Source: Octopus sinensis (lineage: Eukaryota). Taken from it: 64,000 nucleotides of DNA. Below the pieces are notes generated by a model. That model did not search any database. It saw only the letters and a list, made by a program, of their open reading frames with translations, and was not told where the DNA came from. This document shows positions 26,517 to 40,822 of this stretch, one piece after another. The position numbers and the translations under genes are program-made. The stretch is from contig NC_043001.1 of assembly GCF_006345805.1 (NCBI RefSeq), positions 49,228,001 to 49,292,000 of the forward strand, given 5' to 3'. Numbering within the stretch: the stretch's first letter is position 1; each line of letters opens with the position of its first letter.

Positions 26517-26964
26517 TTATAACATGCTGTAAGACAAAACTTAGTGGTTTGGTATTGTGGATGTTCTGATATGTCTGGTGATTTTTAAGTGATCAGGCAT
26601 ACAGTTGCAGAAATTGTGTGCACTAGAGGTAACTGCAAACATCGTCTGTTGGTTTTCCTTACTTATTTTGTTAGTTTAATGATGACAGTTTTTTTTACAT
26701 TTTTGCAGGATTGATGAACAAACCATAGAACTGCCATTTTGCATTCTTCGCACCAAAAGCTGTTTGCTGATCAACATTATATTGTTTTGTTTGCTTTGTT
26801 TATTTTTATATACTGGAAAATTCTTTAAGCCATCAAGAAATGTTTCTTTTTTTTTATGATGGAGACTTGTTTTAACCTTTACGAATACTGTGTACATTGC
26901 TTGACAGGATGAAAATTCTAGAGAAGAATTTACGTTCATAAAACATATATGTGGATGTATGTGT

Positions 26965-26996
<32 letters not shown>

Positions 26997-27493
26997 ACAC
27001 ATGCGTATGTTTTAATATTACAACACACAAACACTCACATGCAGTCATGTAAACACACATGCACACATATATGCATATGCGTTTTAATATAAGCATACAT
27101 ACGTACGCATACATTTTTATATAAACACCACAGTTTCCTCTAGAATTTCCGTCATATCGATCCATGTATACAGTGGTCTCACACATTTATACACGTATCA
27201 CACGCACATACAGATATCCACTCATAAATATCTACAAGCTATCCTATATTCACAGACAGGCATCATACAAATACTTGTGTGTATGTGTATACACACACAC
27301 ACACATAGACACAGACACATGCACACACAGAAACACACAAACACACCTATCTATGTACACACACATATATACCCATATATATATATATATATATACATAC
27401 ATATATTTTAAAATATATATGTGTGTGTGTGTGTATAAATATATATATGTGTGTGTGTATATATATATATATATTTATAAATATATATATATG

Positions 27494-27525
<32 letters not shown>

Positions 27526-27986
27526 TACTTTATTAAAAAGCAGCAAAAATATCCCAAAACTATATGAATATATGTGTGGGTGTATATATATATATATACA
27601 CACACACACCTGTCTGTGTTTCATTTCTATGCATGTGTGCATGTGTGTGTGTGTGTGTGGTGTGTGTGTATGTGTGTACACATGTGTCCTTTGTTTGTTT
27701 TAGCCACACAGTAATGTGTACATGGGAATATAAGCATTGACTTTCAGAAGCAACCACTCTGTTAGAATATCTTTGCAGACATATATTTACATCCACTCAC
27801 ATATACTACTTCTCTCTCTCTCTCACACACACACGCGTGTACACGCATGCACACATGCGTGCACACACACACACACATACACACAAATATATACACATAC
27901 ATACATTCATATATTTACATACACCCAATCAACATGTATTAAATTAAAAGAGAATTATTTTGTGACATCATTTTCTCATATTTCAG

Positions 27987-28011
27987 AAAAAAAAAAAAGA
28001 AAAATGAATAA
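27987..28011 (+). CDS. Candidate terminal coding exon of DNAI2-like gene (KKKKKNE*)
   Basis: Strong acceptor ttttctcatatttcag; phase 2 fits exon 22088-22138; TAA at 28009-28011 overlaps AATAAA (28007-28012); non-repetitive AT-rich sequence follows. Confidence 0.35.
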
Positions 28012-28817
28012 AAGATTTTAACAAAATTTCCTGTTATGTTCATTGTTTCCGAACTGCTCAGTATGATATTGCTTGTATTGTGCCTTTGGATACATGGATC
28101 ATAGAACAGAAGCTGCTGGATATGAGTAATCTCAGTGCCAGGAACAGCCACGGAACACTAAACTTCATATATTTGAATGATACACACATAAATACATACA
28201 TACATGGTGGCTGCCCCCTTGTTATCAAGTATGGCCATTGCACAAAGCTTAATCAATGTTGTTATCGTGCAATGCCTGTGCAAGAAGATATTTTTTTTAA
28301 GTGAGGAAGTCCCACTCACTAAGCAATAGCAGCCATAATCCGAAAAGAAGAACAAGTCAACATCATCGGTAACCACTGAGCCGCAGGTTTTATGTCGGAG
28401 TTATCCTAGTTACCTGAGTTGCCTTCTCCTAGAAGGATGCCCTGACAAAGGCTAGGAGTCCTTCACTCCCAATGGTTTAACTGCGCGATCGGGTATTCAA
28501 TCCGATTATTTCTATGTCTCCGCGCATGATACAGCCTTAAGACATTTATTGGATGGCCGTTGACTCTCAAGAGTTCCTCTGTCCTTTGATGGGTTTTGTT
28601 TTTCATCCCGCAGGGTGACCAATAAACACCCTCCTCACCAAGCGAGCTTGGTGGGGTTGCCGGCTTAGTCGCCGATGACCTGACCATGCAACAGGTAGTA
28701 CTGGGTTACATGTTACCAGTAGCACTCGAAAGTGACCTGACATAAAAATACATACATACATACATACATACATACACACATGTATACATTTATGTGTATG
28801 TGTGTGTGTATAGATAT

Positions 28818-29160
28818 ACAGTGATCCCTTGCTACTTCGTGGTTCAACTATCGTGGATTCACGACTTCACGATTTAAAAAAAATATATATATGAACACCT
28901 AAAATTTTTCATTAAATCCATTAAAATATTAATAATAACGAAGTCATGTCGACGAAGTCATGAATCCCTACAAGATGCTCTTTGAACGGAAAAAGAAGCA
29001 GTGGCAGCAACTTCCTATCTCAATGTTTTTGCAGCCTCGCAAAAAAGAGCCAGTTCCTGCTGCTACTACTATGGCTGCACCTTCGGAAGAAGTGGAAGAG
29101 GTGTCCCAGGAAAGGGCACCGCTGTCAGCTTCATCATCATCATTTCTACTGTGCAGCAAA
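28818..29160 (+). mobile_element. Tigger-like relic (left end and transposase C-terminus)
   Basis: tacagtgatcccttgctacttcgtggttca terminus; peptide MNPYKMLFERKKKQWQQLPISMF resembles Tigger C-termini. Confidence 0.55.
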
Positions 29161-29965
29161 TTCATCACCATCATCATTCAAATTTTACTTCAACTTCTTT
29201 CGTGTTGAGTAAAGTAACAATCTTTATTTTTTTTAGATCTAAAGTGTTATTGCTTAACAGTTGTCCTTGTTATTAATATATTTCTTTACTACCCACAAGG
29301 GGCTAAACACAGAGAGGACAAACAAGGACAGACAAACGGATTAAGTCGATTATATAGACCCCATTGCGTAACTGGTACTTAATTTATCGACCCCGAAAGG
29401 ATGAAAGGCAAAGTTGACCTCAGCGGAATTTGAACTCAGAATGTAACAAGACTACTGTAATGGGTGGGTTGTTAACAGTACAGGGAGAATTTTAAAAGTC
29501 ATCGGCCATGACAACAATTTCACTCACCCCAACAGGTCTTCACAAGTATAGTTTATTGTTCAATGATTGAAGGGTACTCTTAAATGGGCTGGTTATACAG
29601 CTCTGGCATAGGCCACGATTATGGTTTCATTTGGCTTGCCAAATCTTCTCAAGCACAGCATATCTCCAAAGCACAGCATATCTCCAAAGCACAGCATATC
29701 TCACTTGTCATTCCCTTGGTGAGGCCCAAGAGGCTGAAAAGTTCCTGGCTTTGAGTAAACAAAAGTACAGGAGGACTACTTGATTATGATTTTATTCCCA
29801 TCCCATATTCCCATCTCAGACACTTACTGCTTGGTTCTTCACAGTTTTTCTAAGCCACCTAAAAGAACTTGGAAGGTTGGGCCTCCAACCAAACCTTTTG
29901 CAATACGTTTAAAGTCAGAAACTTTTTAGCACCCACTTGTAATTTTTCTTTTTTTCTTTTTATTT

Positions 29966-30139
29966 GATTCAGTCATTTGATGCGGCCATGTCGAACAAAT
30001 TGATCCCAAGACTTATTCTTTGTGAGCCTAGTACTTATTCTATCGGTTTCTTTTGCTGAACCACTAAGTTATGGGGATGTAAACACACCTGCATTGGTTA
30101 TCAATGGTGGGGGGAAAAACAAACACACACACACACACA

Positions 30140-30175
<36 letters not shown>

Positions 30176-30383
30176 TACACACACACACACACACACACAC
30201 AAATATACAAACAGATATGATGGGCTTCTTTCAGTTTCCATCTACCAAATCCACTCACAAGGTTTTGGTCAGCCTGAGGCTATAGTTGAAGACACTTGCC
30301 CAAGGTGCCATGCAGTGGGACTTGGACCGGAACCATGTGGTTGGGAAGCAAGCTTCTTAACACACAGCCACTCCTGCGCCTAT
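29966..30383 (-). mobile_element. SINE family B copy
   Basis: Colinear with 955-1354, with an expanded (AC)n tract. Confidence 0.8.
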
Positions 30384-30418
30384 ATATACACACACACACA
30401 CATATATATATGTAGGTG

Positions 30419-30471
<53 letters not shown>

Positions 30472-30472
30472 T

Positions 30473-30513
<41 letters not shown>

Positions 30514-30522
30514 GTGTATATG

Positions 30523-30556
<34 letters not shown>

Positions 30557-30714
30557 ATGTATGTATGTACTCATGTATATATGCACAGAAATTTTTTTTT
30601 TACACAAAAAGAAAACAATTGGCCATATGGTCAATATCAATTCTTGCAAGATATTAAACATATGGTTACTTATATTAGTGGCTGTAGAGATGGCAGTTGT
30701 GACTATGCTAGCAG

Positions 30715-32100
30715 TTGGACGGTGGTGGTGGTGACGGCGGTGTTGGTCTTGGTGTTAGTGTAGGTTGTGCTGGTGGTGGTGTTGATGTTCGTGATTCGTG
30801 GTGGTGGTGGTGGTGGTGTTGATGATGTCAATGGTGAAGATAAGCTACGATGTTACCGGTAGTGGTGGGTGATGGTGATGGCAGTGGTGGTTCTGATGGT
30901 GTGGTGTTAGTGGTGATAATGATTGTGATGGTGGCGGTGGTGATGGCCGTAGTGGTGGTGATGATGGATGGTCACGGCGGTGATGGTAGTGGTGCCGACA
31001 GCGGCGGCGATGGTGATGGCCGCGGTGGTCGTGGTAGCGATTATAGTGATTGTAGTGGTAGAGGTGATGATGGTGGAGATGATGGTGGCGATGGTGGCGA
31101 TGCGGCTAGCGGCGGCGCCGGTGGTTGTCAAGTTAGTAAAGGCGTGTGAAGGTGGCGGCGAGGGCGATGGTATTGCTGCTGGTGGTGGCGGCGGTGGATC
31201 GGACGCTGTTTTTAGCAAATAGCATTGTTGTGGCGGTGGTGGCGGTGACTGCTATGATGTAAATTGTGTGCGGAGTAACTTTGATGACGGAGACGTGCTG
31301 CTGGTTGTCATGGTGACAGTAGTGTGGTGCCTCAGGCCTGTGCTTGGACTACAGGGATGTTGCTGGTAGCTATGGTGGTGGCAGCGCTGAGGGTAGCGGT
31401 CTTTGTAATAATGGTGGCGGTGGTGGTGGTGGTGGTGTTTATTTTTTTATGGTAGTGGTGTGAGGAGTTACTTTGGTGATGAGATTGGTTTGTAGTTATG
31501 GTTATTAGCGATACCTGAACGGGATGTTCAGGGCAGTGCTGCTTCTGTTGTTGTTGTTGTTGATGGTGTCGGCGGCAGCAGTGGTGGTGGTGGTGGTTTA
31601 AGCGTTGATATGATATTCGTGCGGTGATAAGCCATGCTTAAATGATGGTGGATGTTTATGGTGGTGGTGGTGGTATATTTTTACAAATTTTATTGATGAT
31701 GACGACGACGTCATTCGTCGACTCCGACTCCGACGACGATGATGACGATGATGATGGTGGTAATGATGACGATGTTAATGATGACGATGATGATGACGAC
31801 AATGATTACGGCGACCAGTACGACGACGATGACGTTGGTGCAACGGTGACGACGATGACGACGACGACGACGAGATGATGATGATGATGATGATGACGAC
31901 GACGACGACGATGATGACTATGATGATGACGTTGATGATGGTGGTAATGATGATGACGACAATGATTACGGCCACCAGTACGACGATGACGTTGGTGCAA
32001 CGGTGACGACGACGACGAGATGATGATGACGACGACGACGACGACGACGACGACGGTAATGAGGTGGCGGCGATGACAGTGCTTGTGCTGGTATCGACGA
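30715..32100. repeat. (GGT)n/(GAT)n/(GAC)n low-complexity block with an internal ~165-bp duplication
   Basis: Direct reading; gacaatgattacggc..ccagtacgacg occurs at ~31798 and ~31958. Confidence 0.9.
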
Positions 32101-32286
32101 TGGTCAGTAGCGATGGTGACGATTATCTATTGATAGTAGTGGTTACGTTGTAATCCTTTTTATAGAATTTGTTGTGATGGTCTTCTTTGTCGTTTTGTCC
32201 CGAGTCTGCTCTGATCTTAGACAATTACAATCAACGCTGTTTCAACCCTTTACAATCCCATCGGTTTTTTTGTTTTAAAGACAATA

Positions 32287-32624
32287 TTGAAACCCCCTTC
32301 GGTCATGACTGACCGTGGGATTGCACCTAGAAAGTTACCCTCCGAGGCACAAGTCCAAGAAAGGTTGTTTATGGAAGGCCAGCAGTCGCCCATGCATACC
32401 GGCCTCCCCTCTCCACGCCACCAGTGTTATCCAAGGGAAAGACAAAGGACGATACGGCTTGGCTCCTGTGACGTCGCAACTCATTTCTACAGCTGAGTGA
32501 ACTGGAGCAACATGAAATAAAGTGTCTTGCTCAAGAACACAATACGCAGCCCGGTCCGGGATTCGAACTCACAACCTCACGATCGTAAGCTCGACGCTCT
32601 AACCACTGAGCCATGCGCCTTCAC
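32287..32624 (-). mobile_element. tRNA-derived SINE, family H (my label; V-domain-like central region)
   Basis: Minus-strand head gtgaaggcgcatggctcagtggttagagcg...gagttcgaatcc; older copy at 16985-17385. Confidence 0.8.
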
Positions 32625-33142
32625 TTTTAAAGACAATACGGAGTGATTAAGGCAGTTATAATGACGCAAGTGGCTTAGTAGTTAAGGTATTCGGCTTACG
32701 ATCGCAAGGTCGTGAGTTCAATTCCCGGCGACGCGTTGTGTCCTTGAGCGGGATACTTTATTTCTCGTTCCACCAGTCTCAGCTGGCAAAAATGAGGAAC
32801 ATCTATAAGGAGCTAGACTTGTCGTATTCTGTCTTCCTGAGAACTACATTAAGGGTACACGTTTCTGTGGAGTGCTCAGCCACATGCACGTTAATTTCAT
32901 GAGCAGGCTGTTCCGTTGATCGGATCAACTGGGATACTAGACGTCATAACCAACGGAGCGCCAGTTCCTTTTTTTTTTTTCATAAGTAATGGATCAAGTG
33001 ATCGAGAAAGATTCTCCTGTTCTTGGTGCTTTGTATTCAGCTTTTTGTTACGGATGATGATTGTGGGAATGATGTTAGTAGTGGTGTTTGTTGGGGGGTG
33101 ATGATGGTGTTGTATATTTTTGGTGAATTGGTAGTGTATGGT

Positions 33143-33521
33143 GGAGGCGCAATGGCCCAGTGGTTAGGGCAGCGGACTCGTGGTCGTAGGATCGCGGTTT
33201 CGATGCCAAGACCGGGCGTTGTGAGTGTTTATTGAGCGAAAACACCTAAAGCTCCACGACGCTCCGGCAGCGGGTAGGTGGCGAACCCTGCTGTATTCTT
33301 TCACCACAACTTTCTCTCACTCTTTCTCCCTGTTTCTGTTGTACGTGTATTTCAAAAAGCCAGCCTTGTCACACTCCGTGTCATGCTGAATCTCCCCGAG
33401 GACTACGTTAAGAGTACGCGTGTCTGTGGAGTGTTCAGCCACTTGCACGTTAATTTCACGAACAGGCTGTTCCGTTGACCGGATCAACTGGAACTCTCGT
33501 CGTCGTAACCGACGGAGTGCC
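33143..33521 (+). mobile_element. tRNA-derived SINE, family A (my label)
   Basis: Box A tggcccagtgg, box B-like ggtttcgatgcc; copies at 38458-38831 and 41360-41739. Confidence 0.85.
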
Positions 33522-34639
33522 AAAGGAAAAAGGTAGGGTATGAAATCAATACACCAAGTTAACGAAATGATCAGTTATTCAGCTAAATATTATCAGCTGA
33601 CTATGTTATTCACTAGTAGGTAGACTACCTACATCTACAAGGTACCTGTTGATGTAGGTAGACTCTACCTACATCTACAAGGTACCTGTTGATAGACCGG
33701 TAAAGACTGACTTTCTTCTCCGGAGCCTGAACATACTTCAACCCTCATCAAATACTAACCTTCTATTAAGTTCAAATGAAACCCACAATGGAGTGTTGCT
33801 TACAGAACTTGGACGTTACTGCGGCTACATACACAAAAATCTGACATCGCATCCAAGGAAAGGTCACTCAACTGATTGGCGTGCACCGTTCAACTACTTT
33901 TAAAATTATCATTCAACAGAATAGAATTTTAAAATTAGAAATGAAATATTATGCTTTTCTGTAGCGCGTATAAAAAAGCACAGTGCGGTAAAATACGTCA
34001 AACAACTCGCGTGTTGCTTGATGTCATTTTCTTTGATTCATGAATATTTTCAATGACATCTTTTGTAATATAAAATATATTTCAAAACTTTAACCCATAA
34101 AATTGCATTTTCTCCTGTTGTAATTGTTTGCACAAAGATTCTGGAAAAAATAAACAACAACCTTAAAACGAACTACACTGTGTAACAAAGTTTTAATTTC
34201 ATTTTTGGTATTATTTTATTTTGGTCAGTAAGTATTTTTTCCTATTTGTTTCTATCTAGAAATCAAAGGAAATGACTACTATTCCCTCCAAGCTTTGCTT
34301 TCGTATCCTGGACATCAATGTTTTGAAACTGATCTATTTTCCATTAAATTTCAAACAGATTCGTCGCTGAGTATTCTGCACAATATCACACATTCCCTTG
34401 TCAGTTGCTTGATCTTAACCACTTGAACATGTCCCTTAGTGCCTGGCAATATATGCATCTCTTATCATGAGCAGGAGTCGTGGGGGAGCATCATAGCCAT
34501 ATGTTGAGAGGGATTTTTTAGGGTTTGACTAAATGTAAGAAAAGCAAAGTTTTAAGGAAATAGCCATTCTTCATATTTTCTAGGGGTATAGCAAATAGGA
34601 AATAACAGTTGTTATCCAAGGATAAAAATTGCGTTACAC

Positions 34640-35126
34640 AGTGTGTATTGTCATTTCTTTTCATAATTTTTATGAACTGGATTGACACTCGCAGCCATTG
34701 TGAAAGTGGTATTCCAATCACTAAGTGTAGGATCGGTCGGTTGATTTTTGCAGACGACATGGTGCTACTTAGCTCATCAGGAGATAACCTCCAGCGTGTA
34801 GTGAATAGGTTTGTATTCCTTGATCTGTAGGCTGTAAAAACGATATTACTGTTCCGGAGCAAACACATGATTTCCATATTTTTACTCAGTTTACTGAATA
34901 CAATGGAAGTCTTTTGTTATCCATACATCTTCTCCGCCCTCTATTCCAGCGAACTTATTCACTACACGCCGGAGGTTATCTTCTGATGAACTAAGTAGTA
35001 TCATGTCGTCTGTAAATATTAACCGACCGATTCTACACTTACTGATTGTAATAATACCACTTTCACAACGGCTGCGTGTGTCAATCCAGTTCATAAAAAT
35101 TATGAAAAGAAGTGACAATACACACT
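34640..35126. repeat. Inverted pair of RTE-like reverse transcriptase fragments (~175-bp arms, 138-bp spacer)
   Basis: 34640-34812 (+) encodes LFIIFMNWID...RLIFADDMVLLSSS; 34951-35126 is its reverse complement with scattered mismatches (FTDD). Confidence 0.85.
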
Positions 35127-36893
35127 ACTGTACACAGTACCCTTAGTTTATTATAATACCAAAATACTGGTGGTGGTCATTGGTTGAGGTCTTTAAAATC
35201 CTGTGATTCTGTGCGTTGCAGTACACCAGCCTGAGTTTCAGTTAAAAGTCACCTCAATATTTCCTGCAGACAGAAGTAGTTAGAACTGTATGTCAACGAC
35301 TGGCCTTCCCTTCAGACTGCCAGAGTCTCTAGAGGAACATGAATGGCGTCAATCTCAATTGTTTAGGAGAGCCTACGATGGCCCTGAACACTGACCATAC
35401 CTCCAAACACAGCAAGTAAACGAAATAAACACAAAACATTGTCCCTTATACAAGATAGTATCGTCAATAAAATATTTGCCTAAAATTTCTGTTACTAAGA
35501 GCAGTTATGCGTTAGATCGTCGGAAGAAATGTCATGCAGTATTTGTTCCGGTTCTTTATGTTCTGAGTTCAAACCCCACCGAGATCAACTTTGTCTTTTA
35601 TTCTTTTGGGGTCGATAAAATAAATTATTAGTCATGTACCGCGGTCGAAGATACAGAATAATTGCCTCAACTCAAAATTTTCTGACCTTGCGCCTAAACT
35701 GGAAACCATTATTAGATTTTTAAAGCTTTGATTTTCCTGGGAATAATTCAAGTCAATTACACAAAACAACAGGTGAGTGAAATTTGTAAAAAAATAAACC
35801 ATAATGACTAGAAACTGGGTTAAGAGAAAGTAATTTTATTGATAGATGTGCGAAACCAACAGGGTGTAATTGTAAGCTACCGGTTTTGTGTGTGTGGAGG
35901 TTTTATTAATTATGTTTAATGGAAATTATGCTGTTAAAAATATAGCTCAGAGGTAAGGTGTTGGATTTGCGGGTTGTGCAAACCGCACAGTGTGGATACT
36001 GTATACGGATGTATTTGTTGTCGAAGTAAAGTTACATTTAAAGGAGTTGGTGACGAATTTGGTTACGGCACCGGGCAGCGAAAACTCACTCTACACCACT
36101 GTTACAGTGGGTAAAACCTGAGTAGGTTGGGTGGATTTAAAATAGTGGTTCTTAAGCTTATGTGACTCAGTGCTCCCACTCACTGAATGGCATTTTACTG
36201 CCTGTCTGTCTTCCTCTCTACCTGTCTCTCTCCCTCTCTTATTTTTCACCCTTTCACCCTCTCCCTTTCACCGTTCCCTTTCTCTCTCACTCCTCTTCCT
36301 CCCTCTCGTCGCTGACCAGAGGGCTACTAACTTTCTTTCTGACTACTGCTTTCAACAAGTCAACAACGGCTTCTCCTGTCCTCGTAAGCCGTTCTTCAGA
36401 ATGCATTCGAATGAATTTTTCCACCGTCTAGGCTTAAAAAAACCCTTATTGTTGTTTCTCCTTGTCCTGTCTTTTGCTGTTTTTATCTTTATTTGTACTG
36501 ATTTTATCTTTATTTGTATTGCTTTTACTGTCCTGTTCTTGTCACCTTTTTTTAGCCCCCCACAAAATTTTTATTTAATTTGCTTTGCGGGAAGGATTGT
36601 TTCAAAGTAGTCGTGTCCTCCCCTTACCTTCGAAACACGCAATAAGTCGCAACAGGGGCAGCTGAAGAAGGGGAATGTTCCATGTGTTGTATGTCTTGTA
36701 CTCTGTTTTTCGTTGTTAAAAAAGTCCGTTTCCTTGTTTTGTTTTTATGTTTTCGTTTCTCGTTGTGTTCTACTTTTTTTGTGGTCTCCTGTACCCATAT
36801 ATGCATGTATATATACATATAAATGTAGTATGTACATATATGTATGTATGCATATATTTATTTATTAAATTGTTATATATATATATATATTAT

Positions 36894-36942
<49 letters not shown>

Positions 36943-36965
36943 GTATACGTATGTATGTTTATATA

Positions 36966-37017
<52 letters not shown>

Positions 37018-37442
37018 GTATACGTATGTATGTTTATATATATATATCTATATACATACACTTATGTGTGTGTCTGTGTTAGTTCCCGTGCCATTGCTTG
37101 ACAACCGATGCTGGTGTGTTTACGTCCCTGTGATTTAGCGGTATGGCAAAAGTGATTGATAGAATAAGTACTAGGCTTACAAAGAATAAGTCCTGAAGTC
37201 GATTTCTTCGACTAAAACCCATTTAAGGTGGTGCTCCAGCATGGCCGCAGTCAAGTGATTGAAGCAAGTAAAACAACGAAAGAATTGTTTCTTAGCTTGA
37301 ATATTTTATTTCTAAAACATTCAGGAACCCTCGAAACACTCGATGCTTTCTTAGCAGTCCTTTGGCATATAAGGCTCCCTGAAGAGCTCAAAGCATCCCA
37401 AGAACGAACCAACGCTCGGTTTGAGAAGAATTCATTCTAGAC

Positions 37443-37973
37443 CAGGGATCACCAAACTTCTTTTCACAGCGGGCCAGATAACTGAGAGAGCAACGAGCAC
37501 GGGACGCATAACCCTTTTGCTTAATACGATACAGTGCATACACACACACACACACACACACGCACAAAAAGACATTTAACATATTTATTCACCAAAAAGT
37601 TATCAAAGAAGGCGGCGTTAGCAATAAGAGTTATATCACACCCAGACCACACGCATCACACATCCGAATCTCACAAACTAAACTGCAAAAAACGTTAGTG
37701 GGATTTTTGAAACTGGTGTTTAGCTTTTAAGATATCATCAATATTTGCCTTGGAATTGCTGCAAACCAACCAATAGAATTGCTTTCAAATGTACATCGGT
37801 CAACCTCATCCGATGCTGACTCATAAGGTGTTCCAAACACTGATGTCATACCAGAGGCAAATTAATTCTCATTGCAGGTACTTACACAAAAGGTACAGTA
37901 CGGCGGCGGCGGACCGGATGAATTGACTTCGCGAGCCGGGTCTGGTCTGCCAGCCATAGTTTGGTGAGCCCTA
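37443..37973. mobile_element. Non-autonomous hAT (Charlie-type) element
   Basis: TIR cagggatcaccaaact / agtttggtgagcccta; perfect 8-bp TSD ttctagac (37435-37442, 37974-37981). Confidence 0.85.
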
Positions 37974-38194
37974 TTCTAGACAAACTACGACTTGGTATCC
38001 CAGTTAATAAAATTAAAGATTTACAAAAAGATTAACACGTGACCTGTAGTTCTTCAGATAACAATATTCATTACAGATTGTTGTTAGTGAAAATGATATG
38101 TATGTATGTATATATGTATACACACACAGACGTATACATACATACATGCATACATACATACATACATACATACATACATACATACATACATACA

Positions 38195-38226
<32 letters not shown>

Positions 38227-38457
38227 AGTCAGGACGCCATGATAGATCGTTAGCTCCTACACGCATTTTTTTCTCTCCTTGTTTTTTTTTCTGTGTATCT
38301 TTCTGTCGAAGAGCGCAGGCTCGAAACGTAAAATACTTTTTCTATTTCTATTCTTGAGCGCTATACTAATACATTTGTTTGTTTGTACTCCACCTGCCTT
38401 CATCTTTTGTTTATTTTCGTAAACTTTCCCTTCATACATATATATATGCATACACGT

Positions 38458-38831
38458 GGAGGTGCAATGGCCCAGTGGCTAGGGCAGCGGACTCGCGGTC
38501 GTAGGATCGCGGTTTCGATTCCCAGACCGGGCGTTGTGAGTGTTTATTGAGCGAAAACACCTAAAGCTCCACGAGGCTCCGGCAGGGATGGTGGTGATCC
38601 TTGCTGTACTCTTTCACCACAACTTTCTCTCACCCTTACTTCCTGTTTCTGTTGTACCTGTATTTCAAAGGGCCGGCCTTGTCACTCTCTATGTCACGCT
38701 GAATATCCCCGAGAACTACGTTAAGGGTACACGTGTCTGTGGAGGGCTCAGCCACTTACACGTTAGTTTCACGAGCAGGCTGTTCCGTTGATCAACCGGA
38801 ACCCTCATCGTCGTAACCGACGGAGTGCTTC
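38458..38831 (+). mobile_element. SINE family A copy
   Basis: Colinear with 33143-33521. Confidence 0.85.
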
Positions 38832-39118
38832 CATCTGTCCATCATAAGCACACACGTACATGTATGTATCCCTCTCTGTTCGTCTGTCGGTCTGTTGCTA
38901 TCTATCGATCTATTCCTACACACACAAACACACGTACACACACATCTGTACGTACGTACGTACGAACGTATGTATGTATGCATGCATGCCTCGGTGTGTG
39001 CGTGTTTGGCTCGAAAAGTAAAAGACTCTTTCACTTTCCCGAGCATCATACTAATACACCTGCACGTTGTTCATACACCTGTCTTCGTCTTTTGTTTCTT
39101 TGTAAATTTCAGCTATAG

Positions 39119-39188
<70 letters not shown>

Positions 39189-39311
39189 GTATATATGTAT
39201 GTACATATATATTTCTGTTTGTCTGTCTGTCTGTCTTTCGCCCTCTCACTCTCTCTATATATGTGATTATGTATATATATATATACATATATATATACAC
39301 CTATATATACC

Positions 39312-39361
<50 letters not shown>

Positions 39362-39394
39362 CATACACACATGCACACACATATGTGTGTGTGT

Positions 39395-39447
<53 letters not shown>

Positions 39448-39894
39448 CACATATATATATACATACATACATACTATATATATATATACATACAAAATAC
39501 ATACATAGATTTATACATGCGCATGTATTAAAGATGACCTGGAAATTAATATATTTGGTTGAATTTTGCCTCTAAATTTTCGTGCAAAGAATCTTTAGAC
39601 TAGATAAGACGTACAAAGAAATTAGTATAAAACGTGCATATGTTAAAATAATAGGCTTATCTTTTCAGTATTGTTATATAGATAATATGAATATGGGCAA
39701 ACAACAAAATTTGCTGAAAGCAAAATTTGTTTTATTAAGAAACAAAGGCATTACTAGGTTAAAAGCGTAAACAAAAACTTGGAATCAACTCAAAGAGAAT
39801 CATGTGGAAATGAATGCATCAAGATATAAACTTGGATGTGGATGGTTATAAAGTGTAAAAAAAGTGGATCAAAATGGAGACAGTAAAAGATTAC

Positions 39895-40789
39895 AAGGCA
39901 TAGGTGTGTGGTTAAAGAGGTTCGGTTGGCAACCAAGTGGTTGTAGGTTCAGTCCCACTGCGCGGCACCTGGGGCAAGTGTCTTCTATTATTGCTTTTGG
40001 TCGACCAAATGCCTTGTTAGTGTATTTGACACACGGAAACTGTGGAAGCCCGTCAAATATATATATGTGTGTTTTGTGTTTGTAAGCGCGCGCGTGTTTG
40101 TTTCCCCACTGTCTGGCAACCGGTACTGGTTTGTTTACGTCTCCATGACTTAGCAATTCGGTGAAAGAGACCGGTAGAACAATTAGCAGACTTAGAGATA
40201 AGTACATGGGTCGATCTGTTCAACTGTAGGCGTAGGAGTGGCTGTGTGGTAAGTAGCTTGCTTACCAACCACATGGTTACGGGTTTAATCCCACTGCGTG
40301 GCACCTTGGGCAAGTGTCGGGCCGACCAAAATTTTGTGAGTGGATTTGGTAGACGGAAACTGAAAGAAGCCCGTCGTATATATGTATATATATATGTATG
40401 TGTGCGTATGTATATGTGTATATGTTTGTGTGTTTGTGCCCCCCCTACCCCCAACATCGCTTGACAACCGATGCTGGTGTGTTTACGTCCCCATAAAATA
40501 GCGGTTCGGCAAAAAGAGCCCGATAGAATAAGTACTAGGCTTACAAAGAATAAGTCCTGGGGTCGATTTGCTCGACTAAAGCCGGTGCTCCAGCATGGCC
40601 GCGGTCAAATGACTGAAACAAGTAAAAGATTTAAATCAGTAACTAAAGGCGCAGGAGTGGCTGTGTGGTAAGTAGCTTGTTTACCAACCACATGGTTCCG
40701 GGTTCAGTCCCACTGCGTGGCACCTTGGGCAAGTGTCTTCTGCTATAGCCTCGGGCCGACCAAAGCCTTGTTAGTGGATTTGGTAGATG

Positions 40790-40822
<33 letters not shown>

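Noticed and set aside
30850-32000. Gly/Asp/His-rich ORFs resembling low-complexity proteins
   Set aside because: Trinucleotide repeat block with no splice signals or domain; all frames give homopolymeric peptides.
33143-33215. tRNA-like heads (also 38458, 41360, 32560-32624)
   Set aside because: Box A/B present but no acceptor stem or full cloverleaf; they continue into SINE bodies, so they are not tRNA genes.
36615-36680. cgaaac...gtc...ctgaagaagggg permuted hammerhead-like motif
   Set aside because: Helix I does not pair (G opposite G) and helix II register is off; probably a decayed repeat end.
38302-38335. Hammerhead-like gtcgaagagcgcaggctcgaaacg
   Set aside because: Core reads TCGAAGA, helix II cannot form in the required register and no convincing helix I/III.
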